A stretch of DNA of 52,797 nt, taken from the NCBI GenBank assembly GCA_905331295.1, contig CAJNYD010000039.1, positions 348,734-401,530 of the forward strand. Direction: 5' to 3'. This document shows, piece after piece, positions 1-11,857 of the stretch (within the stretch, counting starts at the first letter, position 1; every line of letters begins with the position of its first letter). Made by a program: the position numbers and the translations under genes. Source of the DNA: Rotaria socialis (Eukaryota). The notes under the pieces were generated by a model. It ran no database searches. It saw only the letters and a list, made by a program, of their open reading frames with translations, and was not told the origin of the DNA.

Positions 1-546
1 TTGGAACCCTCAGCACCTCAGCACCTTTTCAGCACCTCAGCACCCGCTCAGCACCAGCTCAGCACTTGTGGGCGCTGTGAAGCTTAGAAAGTTAGACCAT
101 AAATATTAATTGAGAAGTTGCTTATCAATAGGGTAACACTATTCAGATTCAGTGTTTTTGCTACAGAAAAATACTGATTTATGACTGACAATACCATAGC
201 ACTTGTCCAATACCATTTCAACACTCTTTGGTCCTTAAAATATATTCAGTAATGCGTAAACGTTTCACAAACGTCTATTTATTATCAATGATATAGAAGA
301 AACTTTGCTTCTCTGACAACTACTATATGAAAATATTAAAATTTCATAAAGGAAATGTCATAAATATTCTATAAAAAAAATTCGTATGAAGAACAACGTC
401 GAAAACTGTATGAAAAATCACAACAAGAAAAGCGACATGAATAACAATAATATGAAAAACAGTAACATGAAAAGCTATATGAGGAAACATATGGAAAAAA
501 AAACTGAGAAAAGTAATTTCAAACAAAATATATTTCATTTTAGTTC

Positions 547-3083
547 TTATTCCCGAACGCGAATTAAACGATCACTTCACAGTCGTTGTTTATCTGTTGT
601 AAGCAACCAGCAAGATGTTTGCTTGTGTATAAATTTATATGATGAACCAATACGTATTCCAAAATATTTCTTTGATTGTTGTGGATTGATTTTGTCGTAT
701 ATACGACAACCATTCAATTTTGTTTGTGCTGTATGAGGTACATCAATTGCTATTACATTTTCTTCCTCTTCCTCTTCGTCATCAGTATTATTTGGTGAGA
801 ATTGATCTTCATTATTCAATACATCTGACATACTATTTGCACTATATAAATTCTCTTCATCAGAATCTTCATCCGAACTATTATTATCAATTGTATAATC
901 AATCCTTTTTGATGATGATCTATTTAAAATTGATCTTGTAAATGTACTTAAACTTGATAAGGTATAGATATTTTTTGCTTTCAAAAAATCAGTCATATTG
1001 ACCATTGAAACATACTTTTTAGCTTCTTCAAATGCATTTTTGATAATAATTTCAATATCAATCTCTGTTAAATTCAATTCATTAATATGATCTATTGAAT
1101 AAGTACATGTATCTTTATGATTTTTATGATGTTGTGGAAAATAAAACTGGTATTCTCCTATTTGTCCACCATGATTTTTAATTGAGTTGATAATCGATAT
1201 TTTTTCGCATCGCTTTAAAAATGATTTTACACTAAAATGTGTATTTGAAGAAAATGAACCTGATAAAGATCTAGCGATTCTGAAAGTATTTTCACATATC
1301 TGTGAATTGAAAGCAAATGTATTAAGTGCATCAACTGGTAATTTGTTTTTGATAACTGAAAGTATTATAAAAAGTAATGTATGAGCATTTATTTCAATGC
1401 ACCAAAAAGTTGGCTTGGTGATAAAAGTATTTTTTTAAAAATCTGATAGAGTTTCTGAATTATTATTATCATTTTCTAATTCTAAATATTCTATCCATGA
1501 AAACCAAAATCTACATGTAAAAACGACAGTCCATATGTGAAATAGTCGTTGTTCGATTGTTGTTGATCTTTCAATAAATCCAGCAATTATTGATCGTAAT
1601 AAAGATAAGTATACAAATGTTCCTGTAGCTTTTTCATTTTTCTCTAGTAAATTTAACACATCTTTAGAAGATATTCTTAAGCATGATGCAAAATTTTGAC
1701 GATCTTTGGGATCGACGTCACATTTAATTAAAGTGTGCTCTATTTTGCTTTCTAATTCAATTAAATCAAATACATCATGAATATCAATTGAATAAGATCC
1801 TATTTTCATATGTGCTGTTTCAGAAAGCAATTGATTTCTAAATTTTGTAGCAATATGAATACCATCTTGCATAAAAAAAAGAATTTGTTGTTCTTCCATG
1901 AAAAACCAAGACCATTGTTTTGGAATTTTTATATGAAATATATCTTTATATTTTAATATATTAAAATTTGGTAACGTTGCGAAAAAACGAGAACATAACC
2001 TCATTGCCCTGAGAAAACGTGAATCAGCATCAGTACTAAAACCTATAACATGTATATCTTGGATCAAACATTGATGATAAATGAATAACCACCTTTTTAA
2101 GATTTCAATTGCTTTTGCTTTATTATTAGATCCGTAAGCTGTCAAAATAAATGGTGGATCAGATAATACTAAAGATTTTAACATATAAAGATTAATAAAC
2201 TTCGCTTTATCGATTTCACTAAGCCATAATTCTAATTGTTCGAAATTTTCTGTCTGAAAAAAATTCGACTGTGCTACTCCATCAATTAAAGGTGAAGAAA
2301 AACCAATAAATGAATTTGATGTTGCATCGTAATCTATGCGACATATTGAACTAGTAGCATCTTCGGCTATAAATACATAATTACATTTATTAGGTTTTAA
2401 ATGTTCTTTTATTAATTGAAATCGAAATTCGCTTTCAATCATTCTCATTTCTTGATTTCTTATCAATGATTCTACATTTGAAATGTGAGGTAATGATCCG
2501 AATAGATTTAAACGAACAAAAATTCATAACAATTTCTACCTCCAAAAATATATATTAATAATGCAAATTGTTGAATATGTATGTCATAACTATATTTATT
2601 TTTTGTTGTTTTTAAATTTTGAAAAATATTTATAACCCATGGAATAAGAATAGGAACATTATGTCCATCGGATAAATTAGATGTTTGATGTTTTAACAAC
2701 TCGATTAACTTTTTTTCTATATCATTTTCTATAAAATTATTTGATAATTCACGATTATTCACAGACAAAGTTTTTTTTGCTTGTACTAAAGATAATAAAT
2801 GCTCTAATAATTTTCGATGACCAAGTCGAAGATGAAAATTTCCATCACTTGTCGTAAAACCAAGAGACTTTTTTAAACCTTTTAACTCATCGATTTCGAA
2901 GGTGAGTACTTGTGTCAATTGATCTATTGTTATAGATGATAACGATGACATTTCTCGAATTGCCTGAACTTTAAATAGTTCACTTAAATCTTTATCTAAT
3001 GCAATTTCAATAAAATCATAAAATTTATTAAGACTTAAATTCATCATCTCATCTGTTAATTCTTTAAGTTGTAAAATATTCAT
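547..3083 (-). pseudogene. P-element-like DDE transposase, frameshifted as assembled
   Basis: Joining ORFs 2508-3083, 1435-2466 and the open frame 1434-577 gives GGRNCYEF.RLNL..SLP, VFIAEDAT (D), IGFSTDAD (D), QDGIHIATKFRN, DPKDRQNF, FITKPTFWCIEINAH and FNSQICENTFR (E). Frameshifts fall in homopolymers at ~2520 and ~1435; an in-frame TGA at 577-579 precedes SDRLIRVRE*. Confidence 0.85.
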
Positions 3084-3499
3084 AATTACTGTTGAAGAAA
3101 TATAAATATTGTTCGCTGTAGTAAAATACTATTGTGATAAAAAGTAAATAGATGTAAATAACAAATCTTTCTGAAAGCGTGTAAAAGAGTCTGTTCAAAA
3201 TGAATTCAACAATTCTTTATTCTAAATCAATAAGCTACAAATATAAATAATTTCCTATTAAATACAAAAAAAAACAGTATATATTCTTTTTATTAAGCGA
3301 TTAAGCTCATGTAATATAAGCGAAAAAGAAATTTACTATGAATAAAATACAACGAATTCATATACAATAAATAAAAAAATATATATTTCTATGATGTTTT
3401 CATATGGCGAAGTAAAAAAACAATATAGCTTTTGATAAGAACTATGAGGAATATCATTCATTTTTAATGTTGATCAACATGTTTATTATTTGACAATGA

Positions 3500-4492
3500 C
3501 TATGACGATGAAGATGATGATTTGCTCTTTTTTAAGACATTTTCTTTTGTGTTCAAAGTTGTGTGTCTTGGTGGTGACCGAGTTCGTTTTGACGAAGAAC
3601 TATTTGATCGATTTGCAGAATTTCCGTTATTAATTGAATTATTATATTTTTCACGTATCTAGATGTATAAAAATTCATCGAAATTTTATCTTTAACACAA
3701 GACATACTCACAGTCATTGACATTGCTAAGCACTGTTTTTCCTTTAAGTGCCGACAATATGCTGATAATTTAAAAACACCTGTTGCCATTAATGGCAAGC
3801 TGAATCGAATACGACATTTACAATATAAAATACACGCATATGTATCATTTATAGATTTATTGATTTTCCAAAAGATAATGAGTACCTTCAGATAAGAATA
3901 AATCATTATTATTGTTATACGTACTCCACCATTTATTTATCCGTTGTCCAATATCTGTTATATGATCAATATCATTTAAGCGATTTTGTGTTAATTGTAA
4001 TGCTAATTGTGTTGGTGGTGCATCACTAACTGGTGAAGCAGCTATTGTTGGTGGTACAGTCATTTCATTTTGTGATTGAATTCGACCAACAGATTTTAGT
4101 GTATCAACATTGGCTGATGTACGTTTAGTTGAAGTTCGATTTTTTCTCTTCTTCTGTTCTTCTCGCTTTACGTTCAATAACTTGATCAGACTATTAATTG
4201 CAAGTTTAACACCCAATTTTATTTCATATTTGCCATTACTAATTTTGAAACAACATAATTGTCGCAGTTTGTTAATTTCTTCAGATTCTTGTTGGAAAAT
4301 TAATAAGATATCATCACATGACGTTTCAACAAGATGTAATCCATTTCTGATGGCTTGAAAATTAAGTAAAGCAGCAAGATCATCGCCATATGATTGTTGA
4401 ATATAATCATGAAATCGTTCATTATTGTAATTGAAAATATCATCTGGTAAATCATTTTGATTTATATTTCTCGATAATGATGATGACGACAT
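3500..4492 (-). CDS. Transposon accessory ORF (helical N-terminal domain, Cys/His-rich C-terminal part); one apparent frameshift and one probable intron
   Basis: ORF 3857-4492 continues after a 1-nt slip (~3866) into INKSINDTYACILYCKCRIRF...AYCRHLKEKQC. A GTGAGT donor at ~3710 and an acceptor at ~3660 lead to a Ser/Lys-rich tail ending TAG at 3500-3502. Confidence 0.6.
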
Positions 4493-4980
4493 GAGCTAAA
4501 ATATTTATCTGAAATAAGTAACTTTATCATAAAAAATATCAAGGAACGAACAAGCATACTGCTATATTACTGACAATATGCCATATTTAAACAATATGAA
4601 AAAAAAGCATTTCATCCCATGGAACAAATAAGAGTTCTTAAAGTAACTGAAAGATATTTAACGGAAGTTCCTCTCTTTTTTATATCAGAAAAAAAGCACA
4701 AAAACGAGATTTTTTGAGTAAGGAAATTGAATTAGAATCAGACAGTTTTGTAAAATGGGTAAATTTCTGATTGAACACTTAAAGAGTTCGCTAGTATTGA
4801 AGTACAACAATGAATCTGATAGAGAGCGCTCTTAATCAATCACAATGTAGTGGTTTAGTTTATGTGGTACCCTAAAAAAAATCAATTGCCACCTCAGCAN
4901 AAACACCAAATCTGAATACTGTTACCCAATTGCTAAGCAACTTCTGAATTAATATTTATGTTCTAATTTCTTAATCTTCA

Positions 4981-5146
4981 CAGCACCCACAAGTGCCGAG
5001 CAGGTGCTGAGCAGGTGTTGAGTAGGTGTTGAGTAGGTGCTGGGCAGGTGCTGAGGTGTTGAGGTGCTGGGTAGGTGCTGGGCAGGTGCTGAGGTGTTGA
5101 GGTGCTGGGTAGGTGCTGAGGTGCCAGGGTGCTGGATGCCAGCACT
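4981..5146. repeat. Subterminal tandem repeats (AGGTGCTG / AGGTGTTG units); mirror copy at 8-66
   Basis: Directly visible 8-10 bp degenerate units inside the TIR. Confidence 0.9.
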
Positions 5147-5522
5147 TACCCCCTTGCATTTTAAGCGTTTCACTTCTTACTCGATGATTGCGAATATAGT
5201 TTCATACGAAGAAAAAAGAATAAGCTCATGAAGGCTATATACGTGTCATTATATGAAACAAAGTTGAGTAATAACAGAACGCAGCGAATCTCTTTCAAGA
5301 AAAATGAGTCAGGCTGCTAGACATTAATAAGCAATAATATACTAAAAGGATGGGGACGAATGGTGAACTCTTGACATCTTTCCATTGATGAAAAATTCTT
5401 TATTACAAGCAATTTTATTTATTTATTAATTGTTTTTAAAACATTTAGAAAAATATGATTTGAGTTTCACTCGTTTTCGCTATATAAATAATAGTAATGC
5501 TAGAATTGTAGGGAATCCAAAG

Positions 5523-6876
5523 TAGTGGCGGAGTCAGGATTTTGGTTTAGGGGGAGTGGAACTCCATCTTAAGTTTTCCAAGTCACTTCTTATTCTTGCT
5601 CGCGTATTCGTTTAATATATGTATCAACATATGATCAGATTCTATTTAGAATTTATTTCTCATGACTTACACATTAACACAATCCTACTATTTTTATCAG
5701 TGATGGAGTCAGGATTTTTCAGTACATTGGATATCAGCTTCAGAGCATGGGACTCAGATCACGAGCTTTTATTAAAAACATTTGCGATTGCAGTTTGTGG
5801 GAAAACTTTTATTTTCTGAGCTTACCCAGAAATTTTCTTTTGATGCTAGTAGTAGTCCGTTTTTTGAATTTTATAGTAATTTACATCGAATTTCATAGGC
5901 AAATATGAAATTTCACCTAAAAATGTGTATCGGTTCAGATGTTATATGGTTTTAAATTTTTATACGCGTAGCTAAAATTTTAGCAAAACTTCAAAACGGT
6001 ATAACTTCTGAACCAATGCATATTTTTAGGCGAAATAAGAAATATGCCGATGAAATTCGATGTAGCTTACTATAAAATTCTAAAAAACGGACTACTACTA
6101 GCAGCAAAAGAAAAATTCTGGGTGCGCTCAGAAAACAGAAGTTTTTTCACAAACTGGGAAGGTCAAAGTTTTTGATAGAAGCTCATCATTTGGGTTCAAT
6201 ATCATCCTCCATTATGTTTCATCAGGGTCCCATGCTCTGGAACTGAGATCTAATGTACTGGAAAATCTCGGAGCCGCAACTGATTTTTGTTTTATTACGA
6301 ATATTCAGACAACTTTTTCATAATTTATGTTGAATTATCTTTCTATAACCAATGCGCTAAGATCACTAAGTGTCTCATCATCCATCGAGTTTTGAGCGTA
6401 GTTTTTAAACAATTTCATTTTTGAAAACGATCTTTCACATGCAACGAACGAGACAAAAAATGTGGTAGGGCCTTTGATCAAAGCAACAGTTGAAGGAAAT
6501 GCTCTTTTTTATTGGCTTTTTTTGATTCAGTATATCTATCATAGTTATCAATTTAGTATCTTTAATCACGGGTTTTGTAAGAGAAATTTTCTTGTGTATC
6601 GCATTTTTCTCCAACGATATATGATCAATTAACGGTTCCAACATTTCAATGTCGAAATTTTTTTGACTAGCTGGAGATAAAGAGGCGCCCCTGTTTGCTA
6701 ATTGAAAGCTACGACAAGAAAATAGTTTTTTTACTTCGACAAATGTATAGTCAATTGCTGAAAAGTACATAACTATTCTTAAATTCTCCAGGAGAGCTCG
6801 ACATTTTCTAGGGAAAACTCAAACATTTCTAGAGGGAGTCCAGCTCCCCCAAGCTCCTCCTCTGGCTCCGCCACTA
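5523..6876. mobile_element. Non-autonomous hAT-like element
   Basis: Ends are TAGTGGCGGAGTCAG and CTGGCTCCGCCACTA. The 8-bp flanks ATCCAAAG / ATATAAAA match only partly (decayed TSD?). Confidence 0.6.
5696..6284. mobile_element. Foldback/MITE with ~270-bp imperfect inverted arms, nested in the hAT-like element
   Basis: Arms pair throughout, e.g. CTAGTAGTAGTCCGTTTTTT vs AAAAAACGGACTACTACTAG and CAGAGCATGGGAC vs GTCCCATGCTCTG. Centre at ~5960-5985. Confidence 0.85.
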
Positions 6877-6894
6877 ATATAAAATACGTACATT

Positions 6895-7635
6895 ATGAAT
6901 TGCTTTGGTGGCATCGATAGTTCATTTAGAGACTTCCACCTCTTTGGTTATCGCAATGAGAAACTTGTTCCAATTGAAAAAGAGCTCGAACCTATCGAGC
7001 CTCAAATTGATGAATTACCGTATTATATAAAGATAGCTAAATGAAACTGTCATTATCCATCAGAACATGAACTAATGCCTGATCCAGCAGCTGCTGTTTA
7101 CATCTATACAATGGAATGGCCTGATACTACTTTGTATCGTGTATTAAATAGAGCGCTACGATCCGAAAAACGACAAGAAGTTAAGGTATGGCTTCCATAT
7201 CTAAAGTTATTTGATGCAGCATTGAATAAATTACCTGCTGTGAAAGAGGCAGTATGGAGAGGTGCACCACTTGATATTGGCAAGAACTTCACCAAAAATC
7301 AAATTGTAACATGGTGAAGCGTTAATTCATGTTCGTCATCAGTGGACGTTGTCAAAGGTTTTCTTGATAATAAAAAAAAATCAACGCTTTTTATGGTTAA
7401 AGTTATAAACGGAAAATAGTTTCTGGATATACAGAATTTGAAGCAGAAGATGAAGTTATTTTACGAATGGGTTCACAATTTTGCGTGAAGAGTGATCCAT
7501 TAGAACAATCTAACGGTTCATACCTTGTGCATTTAATTGAAATTAATAAAGACTTAGATCAACCATTAGCATCAGCTATGAATGACATAAAATTGGCAGC
7601 AGTAGTAGTACAACCATCAATTAAAACTACATTAA
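6895..7635 (+). pseudogene. NAD+-arginine ADP-ribosyltransferase (R-S-E class) pseudogene
   Basis: AAVYIYTMEW..LYRVLNRALRS..YLKLFDAALNKLP, VWRG, SVNSCSSS and EAEDEVIL motifs. In-frame TGA stops at ~7042 and 7315 plus frameshifts; GTAAGT donor at ~7636. Confidence 0.85.
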
Positions 7636-7697
7636 GTAAGTTATTTCAACTTTTTCTCGATTCAATAACGTTTTATATGATATACATATATATATAT

Positions 7698-7833
7698 ATG
7701 TTGTAGTGGAAATTAAAATTCAGTAGAATTTAAAATCCTACTAGTAGAAATTGAAATTTTAGTTTCTACTATAGGTAAAATTCAGTAGAATTTCAATTTC
7801 TACTAGTAGAATTTTAATTTCTACTGCGACATA
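7698..7833. mobile_element. Small palindromic MITE inserted in a (TA)n tract
   Basis: ATGTTGTAGTGGAAATTAAAATTC pairs with GAATTTTAATTTCTACTGCGACAT; (TA)n on both sides. Confidence 0.75.
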
Positions 7834-10800
7834 TATATATATATATATATATACGCTAAATAATTTTAAAAAAAAGTCGGAATTCTGATTAGTGTATATA
7901 TGAATAAGACAGAATTCTGTAAGAATGCTTACTTTTGCTTGAATGAATTTTTTACGAGAATTGCTTTCATCAAGAAAATTGCTCGATCGAATTTTACTGT
8001 TTTAACATTCTAAGATAATTTGACCAGCCTGCGAATTCGAGATCAAACAGTTCTAAAAAATCAGGACTATCGTCAGAACCTGATTAAATTAAGCCTCAGT
8101 TTTGCCAAAAGATATTGTCTTGAATCGTTTTAAATTTATTAATTATATGTCGTCAGATTTACTGAAATCTTAGTTCATAAAAGGGTTCGACGACATACAG
8201 ATGAGAGTTCAGAGAGTCTTTTTGATTGCAACTCTTAACCTTTCACATATATAAAGCATAACCACATCTAACTAAGAAAAGATTTAGCATAGTATTATAG
8301 CATAATGAAAATATCTTGATCTATTTCTCATAGAAAAAGACTACAATGGAAAATGAATTCAACTTTTAAATCTAGCTAAAGAGAAATGAATACGACATAA
8401 TCTAATATGATTGAGAAATATTTTAACAAATAAGCGTACAACTTTGATCACTGTATAAAATAAATCGAATAAACATAATTATTAAATTCATTACTATGAG
8501 CAGTTAGTCACTGATCCATGATACCAAAATCAATAGAAACGATATTTTAGTTGAGAGTTTCATATTAACGAATGAAATCATAACCAATTTTTACTAAGAT
8601 GCGCTAAAAGAAAATTCTATTTACTGGGAAAGTTGTCAGTTACAAAAATATATGCTTTTGATGTTGTTTTGCTCAAGTCATATGCAGAACTTAGTGTAAA
8701 ATGAAAGGACACAAATTATATACGTGATTAAAATCTTATTTTTTATTGGTTTTCTCTGATTACATGACTTTCCTTTATTCTTCCGTTTCAACATATTTCC
8801 ATGTATATTAATGTTATAGAAAAATAATACTTAACATTTTGATATCTAGTTGTGAAAAATTTTTTAATTCAATTTTCACTTATGAGATTTTACTAGTGAC
8901 TGTGATTAATATTATAAAAACAAAAGAGTCATTCATTGATTTAAAGAAAACCTACTTAAAAATCAATTCATAACATTCGATGATTATAGTCTAATTCTAT
9001 CTATTTTTCCGATTCATACGAAAGAGACAGATTGGTTGAATATCCAGTAGTACCTGATTGAGTCATAGCTTCTTGTGTAAACAGAAGAACATTTCTTCGA
9101 TTCACATACTCATCTTATTTTTCAATAGAACGATTTTCTTAATCTTTTATGAAATTAACCGTTCATTGATATACTAGAGACTGATGTTTTTGAATAAAGT
9201 ATTGAAAAAAGCTAACCTGTAAATTAGATATAGTAATTACTTTAACTCAAAGAATATTTTTTTAAACAAATAGTATAGGTTTGAGTAAATTGGGCCAAAT
9301 TTATTCATGAAACTTTTCTTTGTTGTTATGTGATCATAACTAATCATTTCAACTTATAGTTTCCTCTGTAATTTATAATCTTACGGATGTAAGTCGGATA
9401 ATTTTTATTGATATATTAACTACCTTTGGCTTTTATTTTTGTGAATATATTATTTATAGGAACTATAAACTTGATCAATTTCATTAAATATTGTCGAGAT
9501 TGAAGAATCTGTATCTTTAATTGATTTCTCTAACTTTTGGAATTCATGCATTTTTTTACTGCTAACTACTCATAGAGTTGGAACGTTCTCATTCAAAAAC
9601 TATTCATCAAACATTACTTTTTAGTCACGATTTCCTTCTCAGAAATACTACTTCACATTATGAATAGTTTAGTTCTGTCTGTCTTCAGTGCAAGAGAACA
9701 ATGCCAAGTCTTTGATTGCTTTCGTTTCTTTTACGTTATGAGAGACTAATTTCAAGTTAGGGTGTATGTTTTGCTATGAATGTGCGTAAATTAAAAGACA
9801 ACCTTCACGCTCATACTCGCACCCATAACATTGTGAAGTCCTCACAAACTCTTAAACTATATCACTGTATGAAAGTTATTGCATACACGTGTTCTACTTG
9901 TGGTTTCTCTCTATCAATATAATAAGAGTGTGGATGTACAAAAAGAAAGAACTTAAGCTCATATTCACCACAAACTACGCCCAAAAAATCAAAAGTATAG
10001 AAAATAATATCGAAAAGAAACGACATTGAAACATGGGATAGGCAAGAGTCTACTCTTCACGTGCACAGTTTCCTCCAACTTCCTTATATGCACCATAAAT
10101 ATTGGTTTACCACTATAAATTATGCTGAAATCTGTGTAAACCTTTGAATTGACTTCAATCAAAATCTCTTGAACCCAACCACAAATTGATGAAACTTGCT
10201 CATACATCATGAGTATTACTTTATCAATACGAAAAAAAGAGAAACGAAACTATCTAGTCATTAACCATCCAATCGTAATTAAGATCGAGCTTAATTTCAA
10301 GACCAATAGTTGTACTCATACTTTTATTTCATCAGCTCAAATCTATCTTAAGCAAAACTATCTGGCGTTAAAAGCTCATGCCCCCCCCCCTCCCCCGTAT
10401 AATCAATTTCAGTAACTTTTGTGAAAGTAAAATAATATTTTATTAAAATTCTTTCATACGATTTATTTCATTTGTGCGCTCTCATTGACCAAATCTTATA
10501 TTAAAAGACTGTTTTCTCATCAACTTTTACCATGATGGTAATTCGATCACTGAAGAATTCGCAGAAACGGCCATAATATGCTGGCGGGCATACACAGCGA
10601 GTCTCATTTAAATTGATAATCGTTACACCTCGATTACAGGCGTAGGAGTAGCTTATTGGCACTTCTTTTTCCTCTGGATTAACCGTCATGCCTGACAGTT
10701 TTCGTCGCTCAACTACTAGCGTGTTTTTAGGAGAATATCATTGGGGAAAGTAAAACTTTATAGTTGTTTCTAGGAAATATTTTTTCTTACGGCGATATAA

Positions 10801-11857
10801 CATACCGTTGGTAGACAAATCAGAAGGACACCAGTACTCGTCCGCTCCATGTAGACAGTCTTGTTGCCTATTACATCTTCCATTCGTCACACAACGATTC
10901 TCTTCAAGACAAATGACGTCATTATGGCCAGAGCATAACGTGCTCGTGTCTCTATGGTTAGAACAAAGGATCAAAGTGCAGTTATTCTTATTCTTTGGTT
11001 GGCAAACAAATGGATGTTTCATTGTAAAATTTCCACAGGGCAGCTGATAACCCAACATATCTGATATGGAAGATCGTACTTTTAAAGAATTTCTCTCATC
11101 ATAAGCATTGTAACAGTCTTCAATGCCATCCCCAAGTTGAGTTAGATTCACACACGGACGATTGGTTTTAATATCCAATGGGTTCGATACTTGAGACAAA
11201 AAACAACCAAGTTCAACAGATGCACTACATTTATTGGAGAATGTTGAATTTAAATATCGTTTCCGACATGAATGAAGCAGCACCGCTATATTGGGGAGAC
11301 GAACATTACGAGAATGAGATAATTGATCTTCCATCAGAACAAAAGCCTCCTCGTCTGAAGCATCCATGCAATCCCATTCACCATCACAAACCCATTCAAG
11401 TTCGATACACTGTCCTGTAAGGCATTGATATTGGTCATCTAGACACGTCCAATTTTTACATAAAGAAGGCGATTCATCCAACCCGCTATATAAGTCCCAG
11501 AAGCTATTACAATATGACCGAAAAGGTATCTGTTGGATTGTTGTTCTTTGTTCATCATTAGTATGCAACATGTTTTCAGAAATATTCTTCATCGATGATT
11601 TTTTTTATGTATTCTTTTAGACGGTGACAATCGGAAAGATCACTTTTTTGACATTTAGTTGTTTCCAGAGAATCACCAATTCCATACCATATTTGGTCAT
11701 ATTTATTTGAGCATCGAGACACTCCTGCCCCCACCGATAATGATGGAAGACATTCATGTTCATTATCAAAACATTGAAAACGATGTCGTCCAGCCTGTCC
11801 TTTACGATAAGCGTTGTCAGAAATCAGATCTTCATCTTCAACAGTTAGGCAATCTCT

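Larger units (their letters stand above)
1..5156 (-). mobile_element. P-element-superfamily DNA transposon with long TIRs; left tip lies outside the window
   Basis: ~57-157 is an imperfect reverse complement of ~4901-5000. Both ends carry CAGCACCT-type tandem subterminal repeats. The right end finishes ...CCCCCTTG (5156), i.e. a CAAGG terminus. Encloses a P-like transposase. Confidence 0.85.

Noticed and set aside
344..736. ORFs 344-538 (-) and 386-736 (+)
   Set aside because: Translations of a low-complexity ATGAAAAA-like tract and antisense of the transposase end.
4949..5173. ORFs with PSTSTPQHL repeats; possible CRISPR-like array
   Set aside because: They translate the 8-10 bp subterminal tandem repeats. 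There are no unique spacers and no cas genes.
7850..10450. Possible decayed coding or transposon remnants
   Set aside because: Too many stops, no recognisable motif and no paired termini.
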